From: Octopus sinensis
Lineage: Eukaryota
DNA length: 64,000 nt
Direction of reading: 5' to 3'
Assembly: GCF_006345805.1 (NCBI RefSeq)
Contig: NC_042999.1
Location: forward strand, 75,082,001 to 75,146,000
Position 1 is the stretch's first letter, and every line of letters begins with the position of its first letter. The position numbers and the translations under genes were made by a program. Below are positions 25,651 through 39,931 of the stretch, piece by piece. A model generated the notes under the pieces. The model saw nothing but the letters and a program-made list of their open reading frames with translations, made no database searches and was not told the origin of the DNA.

Positions 25651-26559
25651 ATCTCCCCCATTGAAGAAGTTTTTTGATACAATATGTTGCCCAGGGCAAA
25701 AGAAGCTGAGGAGTTGATTCCAAAAAAGCTATGTTCAGTACATACAGACACCCAAGCATGGCAGCCCAGCAATCAGAACAAGTTGAGAGGTCTGCATCTT
25801 TTCCGATCAGGGATGAAATATAAGGGAAGCCACCTTATGCACTGTGCACAAATCAGTGAGGGTAAGCAAGGGCAACTGCAGTGGCTGTATGTATGGATGG
25901 ATGGATGGATGGATGAATGCACTCATGCATGCAAGCATACATGTGTATATGTATGCTATGTGTGTATATGTATGTATGCTATGTGTGTTTATGTATTTAT
26001 GCAAGCGAACACACATACACACACACACACACACACACAAAGAAAACGAATGTGTAAAGCATTGTGCCAGACATTTGGTTCAGCATGCTCTTGACTGTTG
26101 TGCAGTACATGGGTTACCTTACACTTCGGTCTAATAATAGCTACATCACACCACATCAGTTATTCATCAATCCACACATGCTAGAGTGGACCTATGTTTA
26201 GTATAGAGGTCGAACAACATAGAATTTAGAAAAGCAACCAGTTTGTGTAAAATTTTCCTTCAAATTAAAATACCAAATTTTACTGAGATTTGCCATGTTG
26301 CAATATGTTTTCTGGAAGGATATTTTTTGACTAGTATTCAGTGTAATGTGTGGTATTAGCATTTCAAACCATGAAATGAATTAGCATTTCACAAAAATGA
26401 ACCCAAAATAGACAAAGTTTTTCATCATGGCATTGTGAATTTGTGCACTGTAGAAGTTGCCTAATTGCCAATGAAATTTTGAATAGGCATCTGTAACTTT
26501 TTGTGCACGTAGTCTTTTAAAAGATAATTTGAAGTTGCATCCTGTTAGCAAAAAATATA

Positions 26560-27090
26560 CATCACATCTACTGACAGATGAAAGAAAATAGAAGTGACAA
26601 GTCAGGGTCTGTTTAACCTTCCTAGCACTAAGCAAAATCTTTCTGAAAATGTGTCACAATAAGAAATGGAACTAAACATATGGCCATGCTATTGAACAAA
26701 AATACAGTCATTGCTGTGAATTGGATCATTAGCCTCATGGTTAATTGAAAAAGAGATTCTGTTGGGTGTTCTGAGTCTTTTGAAAGAGGCACTGCAAATG
26801 AAGTGGCCTGAGATAAGAAGGAGCAGAACCTGGCAGTTGTACCATGACAACGCACCAGCTCAAATGTCATCTAGTATGTGTGATATTTTTAGCAAAGAAC
26901 AAGGTGATATTCTCATTGTAGAGCTGTTCCACTCTTTGGAAGCAAAAGAAATGCTTCAAGAGCCAAATCCAAAGTTGAATTCCACCTTGAAAGGTTGCTA
27001 ATTTTGTATGAAGAGGCTGAAAAAATCCTTGAAAATATTATCAAGGACTGCCTACAATCCTTGTGGGGATGTACTTGAAATCATATTCAA
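26560..27090 (+). mobile_element. Highly decayed mariner transposase fragment
   Basis: LKEALQMKWPEIRRSRTWQLYHDNAPA matches the second catalytic Asp region. No TIRs resolved. Confidence 0.6.
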
Positions 27091-27139
27091 AATGTTATTT
27101 TTGTTTTTATATTTTTGTTTTTCTCTACTTTTGTTTCAG

Positions 27140-27273
27140 TTGAATTTCCAAAGATTTTACAAGAGGCAAAGGTCTTTGTGTTAGATAATCTTATCTGCAA
27201 AAAACATTTCTCATTTTTTAAGAATACTACAGTTTGTGTTAATAATAAGGAAGACACTCAACCAGCCTGCCAT
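27140..27273 (+). CDS. Protease exon 8
   Basis: tttgtttcag acceptor, CAT|gtaagt donor. EFPKILQEAKVFVLDNLICKKHFSFFKNTTVCVNNKEDTQPACH. Confidence 0.94.
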
Positions 27274-28919
27274 GTAAGTCATTTACTATTTAGAATTATA
27301 GTCTCTTTCATGTTTTGTTTTGTAGTGTAAAAAGTACAGGGCAATTACTATAGTTATGTAGACATTTATGGAATAGGGACATGTTGATCCGATGCTTTCA
27401 AAACCTGAACACAGGGCTTGAAAGTATGTTTTTATAAGCTACAATATAATCTAGCCTTAATTATCTCTCTATGTTTTTCTCCTCTTTACTTAGGGTAGAG
27501 TCTGTTCATTTGAGTAGCTAACTATATATCATAGATCCACTTAATTAAAGCTAAATAATAACAACCAATGTTCAGTTTCAACATTACAATCTTCCAATTT
27601 TTCACTGAAGTAAGCTTAATTGCTTGAAATAATAAATTTTTGCATACAAAAGAATCACAGTCAAAAATAAGAAAATTAAAACACAGCACATCTAATATAA
27701 TATAATACATATGCCATTACTGAAATGAATTAAATATCCACAAAATGTTATTATCTATTATCTTATGGAACTATGAGCTGGAGATCAAGAGCATTGAAAT
27801 CTTCCTTTAATTAGTATAGAAACAGGAACATACTTGTTAATAATCCAGAAATCTTGAAAATAATTCCAGCAATAAATTTGTCTCAAAAATTTAAGATATT
27901 CTTTTCTACTCAATGCCCAAATTTGAGGGAGGGGCCAGTCGATTAGATCGACCCCAGGATGCAATTAGTACTTAATTTATCGACCCTGAAAGGATGAAAG
28001 GCAAAGTTTACCTCAGTGGAATTTGAACTCAGAATGTAAAGACAGACGAAATACTACTAAGCATTTCGTTCGGCATGCTAATGATTCTGCCAGCTCACCA
28101 CCCTAAAAATTTAAGATGTCTGCTTTATCTATTTCTTTTTTTCTAAGAAATAATTTTAGAAATAAAGTTATTCTAGTTAGTATACCATTTAATGACAAAA
28201 TTCTCTCTAGTGAAAATCACAGCTGAGTTTATATAGTGTCACTTATGTTGAAATGTATCTGTTGTCTAGTGAAGCTGTGCACCCCTTCTGGTAAAAAGTG
28301 GTAGTAGCCAGCCATTATAAATAGACCAGTAGCCGGTTGAAAGGTCAAAAATCAAGAGTATGTGTAGAGTGTTGATAGTCGTGTCTGTGCTGATATAATA
28401 ATTATACTATGATACTGAGTAGACATTATAATGATCCATCCTTTTGAGGACAATAACACTGTATGACTAGGGTTTGTACAGAGCCAGATAGAACCATTCG
28501 ATCAATGACTTCAGAATATATAGCAATATCTGTCAGAGTGACAACCATCATCAAAAGACAGATTTACAACAGTATCATTCATAAGAATAATCAACTTTCA
28601 ATGATTCAGGCCACTTATCAGGTAGGAACCACTTTATGATCTAAGTAGTATGAGTACTGCTTTGAGAATCAGTTGTTTTATATTAGCTAGCATTGCTAAA
28701 CTCAAAGTCTGTAGTAAGTAAAAATCTGAAATAGATTAAATTTTATAATTATGTAAAAACTGTTTAGTATCTCAAACTACTTAGCATCATGAAAACCTGA
28801 ATGAGCTCCGGACACCATAGCAAGTAGGACACCTCTTCTGACACAATTTTCAAACATTTTGCCTAAATTAAACTTGTTACATTTGCCAGGTTGACTTTAT
28901 GTAAATTGGATCTCAACAA

Positions 28920-28975
28920 CCCTCCTCCTCCTCGTTATCATCATCACCATCATCACCACCACCACCACTACCACC

Positions 28976-29021
<46 letters not shown>

Positions 29022-29060
29022 CCACCAAAACCACCACCACCACCACCACCACCACCACCA
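28920..29060 (+). repeat. Compound (CCT)/(CAT)/(CAC)/(CAA) microsatellite
   Basis: Direct reading. Intronic, no splice support. Confidence 0.9.
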
Positions 29061-29627
29061 TAATTTCCATAATTAGTTTCTGACTAAACAAAAATACAAT
29101 AGTAGATTAGTCTTTCCAGTAGTGGATGATATGTTTTCTCAATGGCTGGTAGTAACAGACTTTTTCCATTAGATATGATAATTGTTCACTCTGCCAAAAG
29201 AATTGAGAAAACTTTCAAGAGAAATCATACAAACAACTCTCTCATGCTTAAATAGTTAAATACTTGCTCGAGAACAAACCTACATCCTATCCACTTTATC
29301 CCCGTCTTACACAGGCCTACTTCTATCTCCAGTGTCTCATTCATATTCTTAATAATCTTGTTATCGAGGTTTCCAGGATAGCCACATGATCATCAGAATT
29401 ACAACAAATAAGATTCAAACATTTAGAAAATAGAAATTCTTATGTTACGAAGAATATTAACTCTTCTTCATTATATCTCACTTTACACATACTGCCGCTA
29501 TGGCAACAAAATTAAATAAAAATAAGATTTCTGCCACAGAATTTTATGGTTTCCTTGCTTTTAAAGCTGCTGACCATTATGTTATCATGCTTAATTCATG
29601 TTAATTACTTAATATTCGTATTTCATA

Positions 29628-29839
29628 CAGTGGCAAGCTGGCATAAACCTTAGCATGTAGGGCAAAATGCTTAGCAGTATTCGTCTGTCTCTATGTTCTG
29701 AGTTCAAATTCTGCTGAGGTCAACTTTGCCTTTCATCCTTTCAGGGTCGACAAATTAAGTACCAGTTGCGCACTGGAGTCAATCTGATTGACTGGCCTCC
29801 TCCCCCCAAATTTTGGGCCTTTTGCTGAGAGTAGAAAAG
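29628..29839 (+). mobile_element. tRNA-head SINE, related family
   Basis: Same head and core as 62015. 17-bp TSD AATATT(C/A)GTATTTCATA with 1 mismatch. Further partial minus-strand copies at about 27925-28100 and 51240-51410. Confidence 0.8.
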
Positions 29840-30267
29840 AATATTAGTATTTCATAATGCATATGATTATTATCTAATTATTATCTTAAAATTTGTTTTC
29901 CAAGTTTCCTGAAGTGAAATCATTTGTTGAAACAGATATTGTTAAATTTCGGGATGGTCATTTAAATGTTTTTTGCCAAATAAACACATGTACTATATAT
30001 CCATTCTTCGCTTGTTTGTTATTGCACTTATTTTATGCCTATGGTCTCAAAATCTTGAAGAGGTCACAGGTGTGTGTCAAAAGATTTCCAGACAATGGAT
30101 ATAAGATAACATAAGAGCAATAATAAACAAGTGAAGGATGAATATATAGTGTGTGTACTTATTTGGCAAGCAAAAAAAATGATCAACCTGAAATATAACA
30201 ATATCTAACAATCTTTCTAATGTTACAATGTTATTTGAATATTCTTTTTTTTTTTTCTTCCTCATAG

Positions 30268-30429
30268 GGTGACAGTGGAGGCCCACTATTATGTCGTGAT
30301 ATGTATGGTAAATGGGTAGCATATGGTGTTACAAGCTATGGCAAGACTTCATGTGCAGGACGTAAATCATCTCCAGCAGTATATACTGATATCTATTCAT
30401 TTATGCCATGGATTATCAGAAATATATAA
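30268..30429 (+). CDS. Protease last exon (Ser195 to stop)
   Basis: Polypyrimidine tract plus ctcatag acceptor. GDSGGPLLC...[35 protein letters not shown] possible ATTAAA poly(A) signal lies at 30561. Confidence 0.96.
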   Translation, partial: GDSGGPLLCRDMYGKWVAYGVTSYGKTSCAGRKSSPAVYTDIYSFMPWIIRNI

Positions 30430-31883
30430 ATTTTATACAAAATGTCTCTTATGTTAAAAAATTTTTCTGTATTTCAGTTTTAACTTAGATCAAGTTCATT
30501 AAATATTTGATATTTTTGCTTATTATTTTCTTTTATGTTTTTTATTCCTGTTTATTTTATATTAAAGCATACAAATATTTTCTTCAAACATGTCTATATA
30601 TATCTAGAATATTGAGCTTATGAGCATAAGCTCATGGGTTCATTTCCTGGATAAGGTGCACACTATGTTCTTCACATTTCTTTAGTCTACTCAGCTGAAT
30701 GTGAGTATTGGGACACCTACAGGTACAACTCTTTGTACTGATCTTTTATTAGCTCCATCTCAAATTTACAGCACTCTCATCTCATTAACATTTTTATATG
30801 CATGCACTGTGTGCATACATATATGTATGTATGTATAAATATAAAAGAAAAACTGAGACCTCTGGAGATATGCTGTGACTTCGAAGACCCGACAAATGAA
30901 GTGAGTTCATCGCTTGCAGGACGGCCTACTGCGCTAGAGGAGACCTATTGTGTCAAGTTTATCAACATCAAAATAAAAATCGTATGGATATTGTAGTTGT
31001 GATACCCGTGCCAGTGGTACGTAGGGCCTCACAGAGGAAATGACGAAGACGGAGACCTCTGAGATATGCTGTGACTGTGAAGACCTGACAAATGAAGTGT
31101 GTTCATGGCTCGCAGGACGGCCTGCTGTGCTAACCTTGGATCGTAGAGTGACCCGCTGTTCTTAAGGAGACCTATTGAGTCAAGTACGTCAACACCAACA
31201 TCAAAATAAAAATCAAATGGTAATTGTAGTTAAGATACTCGTGCCGGTGACACGTAAAAAGCACCGTCCGAACGTGGCAGATGTCAACGCCGCCTGACTG
31301 GCGTCCGTGTCGGTGACACGTAAAAGTACCAACCGATCGTGGCCGATTGCCAGCCTCCTCTGGCCCCTGTGCTGGTGGCACGTAAAAAAACACTCAATAC
31401 ATTCACGGAGTGGTTGGCGTTAGGAAAGGCATCCAGCTGTAGAAACACTGCCAGATCAGACTGGAGCCTAGTGCAGCCTCCTGGCTTCCCAGACCCCGGT
31501 CGAACCGTCCAATCCATGCTAGCACGGAAAACGGACGTTAAACGATGATGATGATATCGCTTCTAAAAATAATAACGTCAGTGGCCGCAAGCTTAAAGTC
31601 ATATAGGCAAATTAATAATTATATATATGATATATAAACATATACATAGTAGGTTACTACATAAGCAGCTCCTTAGAAGTCAAAATACCTCTAAGCCAGA
31701 GAAGAATCGCTAAGTTAATACAGGCATGATAGGAAAAAAAAAATTAGTGAACAAGAATGGCGTTTTACCTCCACCAAGGATGCAGGAGGATTGTCAGTTA
31801 ATTTGATTTCATGATTTCGAATTTAGCACGAATTCTCCTCAATGTATGTATGCATGTATGTATGTATGTATGTACACACACAT

Positions 31884-31926
<43 letters not shown>

Positions 31927-32023
31927 TTATTTAAGGTTAATTTCCCATATGTTCATTCATTTACTTGAACACATACACGCATGTTATATATGCTGTTTAA
32001 ATTCAATAGAATTATTTTCTATT

Positions 32024-32067
<44 letters not shown>

Positions 32068-32663
32068 ACACACACATATATATATATATATAATAAAAGT
32101 TAAGGATTCAAGTGAATCAGGTCATTATATAGTAAAGCACGAAGGTCGGGTCAATGAGATAGCTATCGTCTGCAAAACAACATTAGAGAATCATATACAT
32201 AATACCAAAATAAAGACGGATTTATATTCCAGTTACATGTACAATCACAAGCGTCCGAACGAATATACCACGTGCCTCAAAAAAACGGTACCTAGGTACA
32301 AACACTATTCCAATTGTAATGCACTCAGTAGACTCCAGACCCGCATAAATTGCAGGACTTGTGTAAGGTGAATAAAAAATAACAATGGGTGGATAGTGGT
32401 TTACTCACTACAGCTGTTTCAGGCGTGTTTCTTTTATTGATGAATAGAGTTATTACATCATGTGAGAAAAACCGTTTTCATCAAGGGAATATAGGCACGA
32501 ATTATAAATTTAAAAAAAAAAGCAAAAAGTATTCCAACGAATCCAAGTATGTGCCATTTCGTGCTTCCCTGGCAAACTTTGGAATGCTTTTTTTAATGTT
32601 TAATTCGTGCATATATTCACTTGATGAAAATTGGAATTTTTCCTATGATGTATGTAAATATCA

Positions 32664-32711
<48 letters not shown>

Positions 32712-32713
<2 letters not shown>

Positions 32714-33122
32714 CCAGACCTAAGGTGACATGGTGGAACAGTATAGATGCCAAGTCCATTAGAGCAAAGAAGCAGGCCCAGAATGACTGGAAGGGTGGCG
32801 GTAGCAAGGAACTATATCAGGTAGCTAGAAGGGAAGCTAGGAGACAGGTATACTTAGCCAAGGATGAGGCAGAAAGTTTGCCAATGTTCTACGGCGTGAG
32901 GACCAGTGGCTTGAAGTGTTTCGGTTTGCAAGACAGCGTGTCAGGGAAAATTGAATGATGGTTCACTTGTAGTTAGTGATTCTGCTAAGAAAGAGGCTTA
33001 GAAATGCCACTATGAAAGGCTTCTAGATGTAGAGAACTCATGGAAAAAGGAGAGTCTACCTAATGTGAATCTAACAGAGGGACCAGCTATCCGAATAGAC
33101 AGTAGCTTGGTAGAAAAAGCCA
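32712..33122 (+). mobile_element. RTE-clade LINE internal fragment
   Basis: RPKVTWWNSIDAKSIRAKKQAQNDWKGGGSKELYQVARREARRQVYLAK resembles the RTE EN-RT linker. Confidence 0.75.
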
Positions 33123-34790
33123 TGAGCACAGGAGCAGATGATAGTATTGAATCAGGAGTGCCAGTGATACTGCCTTCTTCATTTACAGGCCGTCCAAGGA
33201 ATATGCACCAATATTTTCAGGATGCCATGTCAATTGTTTCAAAATATGCTAAGCCAGACTTATTCATGACTTACGCTTGCAACCCAAAGTGCCCTGAGAT
33301 AGTTGATAATCTACAGCAAAATGAAACACCTGAAAATAGGCCAGATTTAGTTGCCCAAGTGTACAAGTCACACCTTGAAGAACTTATGAGGGACATAAAG
33401 TATAGACACATTATTGGGGTACCAGTGGTTCATGCCCATGTCATTGAGTTTCAGAAGAGAGGTCTTCCCACTGCCACATGTTGGTAGTGTTGAGAAATGA
33501 GGACAAACCCAGAAACAGCGACGACATAGATAGGATCGTGACAGCTGAAATACCTGATGTCAATGATGATCCAGTCTTGCATGATTTAGTAAAAAAAAAA
33601 AAAATGCGTGATACATGGTCCTTGCGGAACAGATAATCCTTCTTCCCCTTGTATAGAAAATGGCTCATGTCAAAAGAAATTCCCAAAGAACTACAGAAAT
33701 GAAACGCTTCTGAATTTGAATGGCTATCCAGAGTACAGAAGAGGCAATACTGGATTCACAGTTCAAGTTGGACGTCACTCAGTTGACAATACGAACGTTG
33801 TACCGTAAAATGCCTACTTGCTGAAAATCTACAGAGCTCATATTAATGTAGAAATTTGTTCATCCATGAAAAGTATTAAATATATCTTCAAATACATGTA
33901 CAAGGGACATGACTCTGCTTCTGTTGAAGTATGAGACAACTCAGCGGCAGATCGTGAGTAGAATCAAGCTCACGATGAAATTACTTGCCGATATGTTTCT
34001 CCCCCGGAAGCTATGTGGAGACTGTCAGAGTTCAAGCTATATGACACATCTCACACTGTCTACAAACTTGAAATACATTTTGAAGATCAGCAAAGAGTTT
34101 ACTACCACAGAGGCAACGCTCAGGCACAGAGGGACCGTGACACTATCCACACTGCATGCTTCAAACTGAATGAGCATGATAATGATGCAAGGAACCACTT
34201 GTACCCTAACATTCCGCTGCATTATATGTTTAATGAGCGCACTAGAACATGGACACCAAGGTAAAGAAATACTAATATCACCAGTAGAATGTATACAGTG
34301 AGCCCAAGAGACACAGAAAAATTTCACTTGCGAATGTTGCTGCTGCTTGTTTCAGGCGCCGTGAGCTTCCAGGATTTGCTCACTGTACAAGGAGAAATCT
34401 TGCCAACATTTGAGGCAGCATGCCCGAGATATGGTCTTCTCTCAAACGATGACACACTGGAACATGCATTGCTAGAAGCTGCTACCTGTCGAATGCCCTT
34501 ATGTTATGTTTGTTCCCCTGTGCACGTATATGAACCCTGAAAATGCTCTTTACCTGTGTACCACTCACAAGGAATTCACGATTGAAGATTTCCTGCATCA
34601 AGGTTTTAATGCAGAACACGCAGAAAACTTGGCATTGCACTCGACTGATGTAATTCTGATTGAGAATGGCATTAATTGTTTAGTAATTGGGCTGCCTGAA
34701 CCTATTGGAGTACCGCAGCTTGACCATCATGAAGACTTCGATTACCCAGGCATTGCAACACTTACTGATGAACAGAGACTGAATGCGAAT
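33123..34790 (+). mobile_element. Helitron Rep domain remnant (pseudogenised; helicase absent)
   Basis: VILPSSFTGRPRNM; KPDLFMTYACNP; VIEFQKRGLP; MIHGPCG; SIKYIFKYMYKGHD; LLTVQGEILPTFEAAC. Frameshifts and stops present. Confidence 0.92.
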
Positions 34791-35727
34791 GCTGCGCCTG
34801 AATACGAGCTGAGTGGGGGTGCTAGATTCCCTTGTTCGAAAATATAAGGTCACAGATCGTGTCGTATAGCCAGCTGGAGAATTGAAATTTTGAAGTTGCG
34901 ATTTTTGAAATTTTTTCTTCAGAATCGGAATCTCCATAGTTACCTCAATCTGTCGAGCATCAGTCGCGGTCCCAGGGCAAAAGGGCACTAGGTCAGAAGC
35001 GAATACTATTCCAAGAGAAAAGGGAATAATAACATTATTTAGAAGGGAGCATTTTCTTTCTTGAGGGAGGCACATGTCCCTCACGCTCCTCCCTTGTGTC
35101 TACCCTAGAATATACTTGCTATTAATTTCTCGTTGAAACTACCATACTTCTCATATTCAACATGTTATCATTTCTTTGCAAGAGACATACAGTCAATACA
35201 AATAAGTTCTGAGGTTATCTTTTGAATGAACATTACACCGATATAAACCAGTCATGTCAAACTTAATTAGGCCGACACTTACAGATAAAAATATGCTTAA
35301 CAGTGTGCATGCAAGATAGTTATTGTCGAACCTATCACATACCTGTATATACATATCACATTCATAGATATTTAGATACACACGCACAGATATACAAGCA
35401 ATTATATATATACATACATGTATGCATGCAAATCATACATACCTTCATACACACACCCACTTATGTGTATGCATAACGTATATTCTCTTTAGTAGTTGAC
35501 ACATATTGCACAATCAGTACATAAGTACGCATTATGTCGAAATTGATAAGAACATGTGTGCGTGTGTGTGTGTGTGTATGTATGAGTGCGCGCGTACATT
35601 TGTGTATGTAGAATGAACGTCAAAAATTATATACACAATTGAACTTTAATTCATCAAATACTACAAGGGAAACTAATAAATAAACTTTCTCCTTAGTGCT
35701 TATTAAATAGTAGCAGTCTCAACTAAG

Positions 35728-35956
35728 ATGTCAACAATAGAAAATGAAGAAAACATGAAAGATTCTGAAGAAGTGAAAAAAGAAATAGAAAGTAATGTTC
35801 TGCAACTTTTCGGCAATGACGGTGAACCTATGCGTGTTTATCGATATAAAGGACATAATGTTTTTTATACAGAACTGGCATTGTCAGCATTATCCAAACT
35901 AAATACAATGAAAATTAGACCTGATGATATATTACTATATAGCTATCCTGGAGCAG
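35728..35956 (+). CDS. Cytosolic sulfotransferase-like gene A, coding exon 1
   Basis: ATG at 35728. ...MKIRPDDILLYSYPGAG, then G|gtaag donor. Matches the SULT 'RPDDxxxxxYPKSG' region. Confidence 0.93.
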
Positions 35957-36559
35957 GTAAGATTTTAAAGTGATATAGTGTATCAGCGATTGGATTATGT
36001 AATAACAAATTTTCTTAAAGCGTAATATGTAATTTGAGGGTAATGTGATTTCTTTTACTAATTTAAAATACAAAGCTAAGTTTAATTTATTTCAATATTG
36101 TAACCAAAATATTTTTATTAGATATATAATGAAACATATATAAGTATTTAAATGCATTTATGCAAGTACATAATCAAATATAGTTTTAATGATATCCTCG
36201 TGTTGCATTCGGGGCTAGCATTTCTGGGCAGCTGCTGATCAGATGTGTGATATCTCCCGAAAAAATGTGACGTAATTTACATTTTAGGTTGCATCTCTAA
36301 ATGTTTAAGTACTGTGTAGCAATATCCTGTTGTTGGATTGTAAATTCTTGGATTGTAAATTGCGTTCGAAGTGTGGTGTGAGGTATCAGTCACGAGTCCA
36401 AGAGAGACTGCACTTTATGTTGATATTACTGCCTGCTGGAAACATACCCAAGAATAATCACTTTTTCGACTGGTTGGTCGGTTGGCTGGTTAGTTGGTTG
36501 GTTGGTATGTATATATGTATGCATGCATGTATGTATGTGTATAAGCATGCATGCAGTAC

Positions 36560-37560
36560 AACCTGTCGAATGGTCAGGCCGTCGACGAGTAAACCGGCTA
36601 ATCTACCGAGCCTGCTTGGTGTGAGAGACTCCTAGTCTTTGCTAAGATATCTCTCTCTATAGGAAAATCCCGAAATATCACCCGTCACATTGTGTAGTTC
36701 TTGCCCATGCTTTTTTCTGGTCTACTTGACTTTTTAGGGAGAGTTTAGCGGTGTTGTGCAAACTGTTATTGACTTGTTGCTGACAGTCGTTGTCTTTAAC
36801 ATCAAGGATAACATAATTTGTCAGTGATGGTCATACTTGTCTACGAGCTGACAGCTGGCCCCTAACAAAGCGACAAGATTTTTTAGTTAAGAGAGTACTC
36901 AGTGTTTGTAAATATGTGGATGAGTTGGTGCATTGGTAGAACAGTCAATGCACACAATCAAGTGTGTGCATCTATTGAACTAAAGAATCTCAGAAGGAAA
37001 ATCTTTGGAATCTCTTTACAAATTACAAATAGATTGGATTTGAAGAACTTGAGTCAGTTTCTTTTGCTATTTCTTCGCAACAAAACAGTATTTCTAGAGT
37101 TTTATGTAAATTTGTAGGTACATAGCCTAATGTACCTATGATATGTACAAATGTTGCAAATTTTGCATTAGTTCACCATTTGTTGGACTTTTGACCATGT
37201 ATTCACATCTGCTGGGCAGCTGAACTCTGCAACTGTGCGTGGCGTTTGTTCCTTACTGTTTCTGTTGGAGTGTTTCTCCAGTATTCTTTATTTTTAAAGG
37301 TGTGAATACATTCCAGTTCTAGCATGCCCTTGATGTATACGTCAGGCAATCCTTCCTGCCGATGGCATGGTAAATAAATTTTGCCACTATATCATGCTCC
37401 AGATACAGGAAGTATATCGCAGACATTTTGGGACAACTGCTGAGCGATATGGATGATACCTTCCACACTGCTGCAGCATAAACGACATTTTCTATCACAA
37501 TGTAGAAGATTGGTCGTGTCTTTGTCTCTCTTGTTTATCATGTGCTTGGTATCTATTTCC
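36560..37560 (-). mobile_element. Possible internally deleted R2/NeSL-like LINE remnant
   Basis: Weak zinc-finger/Myb-like N-terminal and RLE-like C-terminal traces on the minus strand. Confidence 0.35.
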
Positions 37561-37641
37561 TATTTCTAAATACCAAAGGCATATCACAAATCCAGGAGAG
37601 GTTATTTTTCATCTCAATGCTGCTATCCTCTTGATCACGAG

Positions 37642-37672
<31 letters not shown>

Positions 37673-38807
37673 TGTATGTATGTATGTATGTATGTATGTA
37701 TGTATGTATGTATGTATGTACGTGCATATGTATGTACGTACGTACGTACGTATGTATGTATCAAATAGGTGTCTTATAAAACTATTCCGCACATCCTATA
37801 ACAGCCATACCAACAATCTAACATACCTCCATCATCAGCTGTTCCACAGATATCACTATGGTTTCGACAGCTATGCAGCATGTATGTATGCATGCAATTT
37901 TATACAATATATATGCTTAAAACCCATTGCAATCTTGCTGGATTGTTTCTCTTTCTTATTCAAGCGAAGGATAGCAGTTAAATAAATCGATTCCAATAGT
38001 ATAGTTATCGATTCGTAACTGGAAGCTGACATCAGTGTAATTCTAATGCAAAATATAAAAACATCTGAATAATTATTGTAGCTTATTTATCGATTGGATT
38101 TTATGAATGTGTTAATTTTCTATACTCATAAAATTCGTATAGAACAAACTTATAAATTAAACTCCTGATAGTAAGTGGTTTCTTATTGTACCAGTGTGTA
38201 ATCACATTTTTCCTATGAGTACATTTTAATCTCTTGATTACAACTGTAAGTAAAGTAAAGTTCCTTCCCGAGTCATATAAACTCAAAAGGCTGGTTTTCT
38301 TGGCGTATATATTCTCCACCTGAATGGGACGTCGGTCCGTTGCAGGATTTCTCATTTTTTTGCTAGCTGAGTGGACTGGAGCAACATGAAATGAAGTGTT
38401 TTGCTCAAGATCACACGCGCCCCTCGGTCCAGGAATCGAAATCACAATCTTATGATCACGAATCTAACACGCTGACCACTAAGCCACAGCTATAAGTTGT
38501 TTAGGATCTTTTCTGTTTGGCTGCCAAGCGAGCAGAGATTGAAAATTGGCAGCTAAACAGAAAAGATCCAAAGTTTATGATAAATATTTTACTATTTCAC
38601 ACACATCATTAATAATCATGGTGAGTTTATAATGTAGATGAAAAAGATAGTAAAATACGTGTGTAAAACATTCCCAACATTGAAATAGAACTCACTAACT
38701 GTAGATCAATAACTCTTTAATTGTGCACCAGGTACTGTTTCTAATTATTGTACTTGATCCAGGACAGATTTTCCTTTATGTCATTTATGCATTATTTATG
38801 ATTTCAG

Positions 38808-39125
38808 GATCACATTGGATGTTTGAAGTCGTTAATATGATATTGAAAGAAAATAGTGAAAGAGTACCCATGATAAAAGAAGAGATGGTATTAGATTATG
38901 CCCCAGTAGAAAATCTCGATTCAGCTGAATCACCTCGACTATTGAATACACATCTTTCTATTGATTTCTTGCCACCGGAATTGCTAAAAGATCATAAAAT
39001 TATCTATCTAAACCGCAACCCTAAAGCTATACTGGTGACCTACTACAGACATTTGCTTGCTGGTAAATCTTTTGAATATAACGGAAATTTTTCTAGCTTT
39101 TTTGACCTTTTTATGAAAGGAGAAG
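38808..39125 (+). CDS. SULT-like gene A exon 2
   Basis: atttcag acceptor, G|gtaag donor. SHWMFEVV...SPRLLNTHL...IIYLNRNPKAILVTYYRH. Confidence 0.95.
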
Positions 39126-39140
39126 GTAAGGATTGAAAGT

Positions 39141-39182
<42 letters not shown>

Positions 39183-39872
39183 TGTTATTGGGTGTAAAAT
39201 GTAAGAGAAGTGCCTGTAATTATTTAAGTATTACAGCCCGGCCGACGGCTAAATTATGCATTAACTGATAAAACAAAGTCTTGTTATTTTTTCATAATTT
39301 CCTAAATTAAGGGCATTACTGGCATACTTTACAAATGCCATTATTTCTTTAGTTTATCCAATTAGTAAGGCCTAGTAAAATGACTAACATTTATTGAGCT
39401 TCAGAAGAAGTAGTGTACTATAATTTGTTTCTAATACGTGTATGACTGAGCTGCCAATTGCTGACTTCGCTGATGAAATATACTCTAACTACCCACGACC
39501 GTACCACTTTGGAACATCTAATATATATTTTATCCTCTCGAAGACTGGATCATGATTTGAAGATTTCCAGAAGCTCGAACGACTACATAAACCTCTTGTT
39601 GCTGGGGTATTGGTAGGGATGGTGGCCTTCTTTGAATCATCAAATACTTTTTGAAGTGGTAACATTTTAATTATGCAAAACACGGTTGTTTCAATGGAAG
39701 TATAATATCTATACAAACGACATATTTATATTACTTCGACATTCGTTTTAATGTATGTTATTAACAGTTCTCTACTAGTTGTTACACATTTACCTGTTGA
39801 GCTCTCTACATAACAGTGGCATTTAATAGTCAGTATTTCGTGTAGATACACACACACACATGTATGCATGTA

Positions 39873-39929
<57 letters not shown>

Positions 39930-39931
<2 letters not shown>

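Noticed and set aside
28891-29076. Poly-His/poly-Gln ORF
   Set aside because: Trinucleotide microsatellite in an intron, with no splice sites or domain.
32404-32425. Minus-strand GAAACAGCTGTA (hammerhead 3' half)
   Set aside because: No CUGANGA or stem II upstream; at most a truncated remnant.
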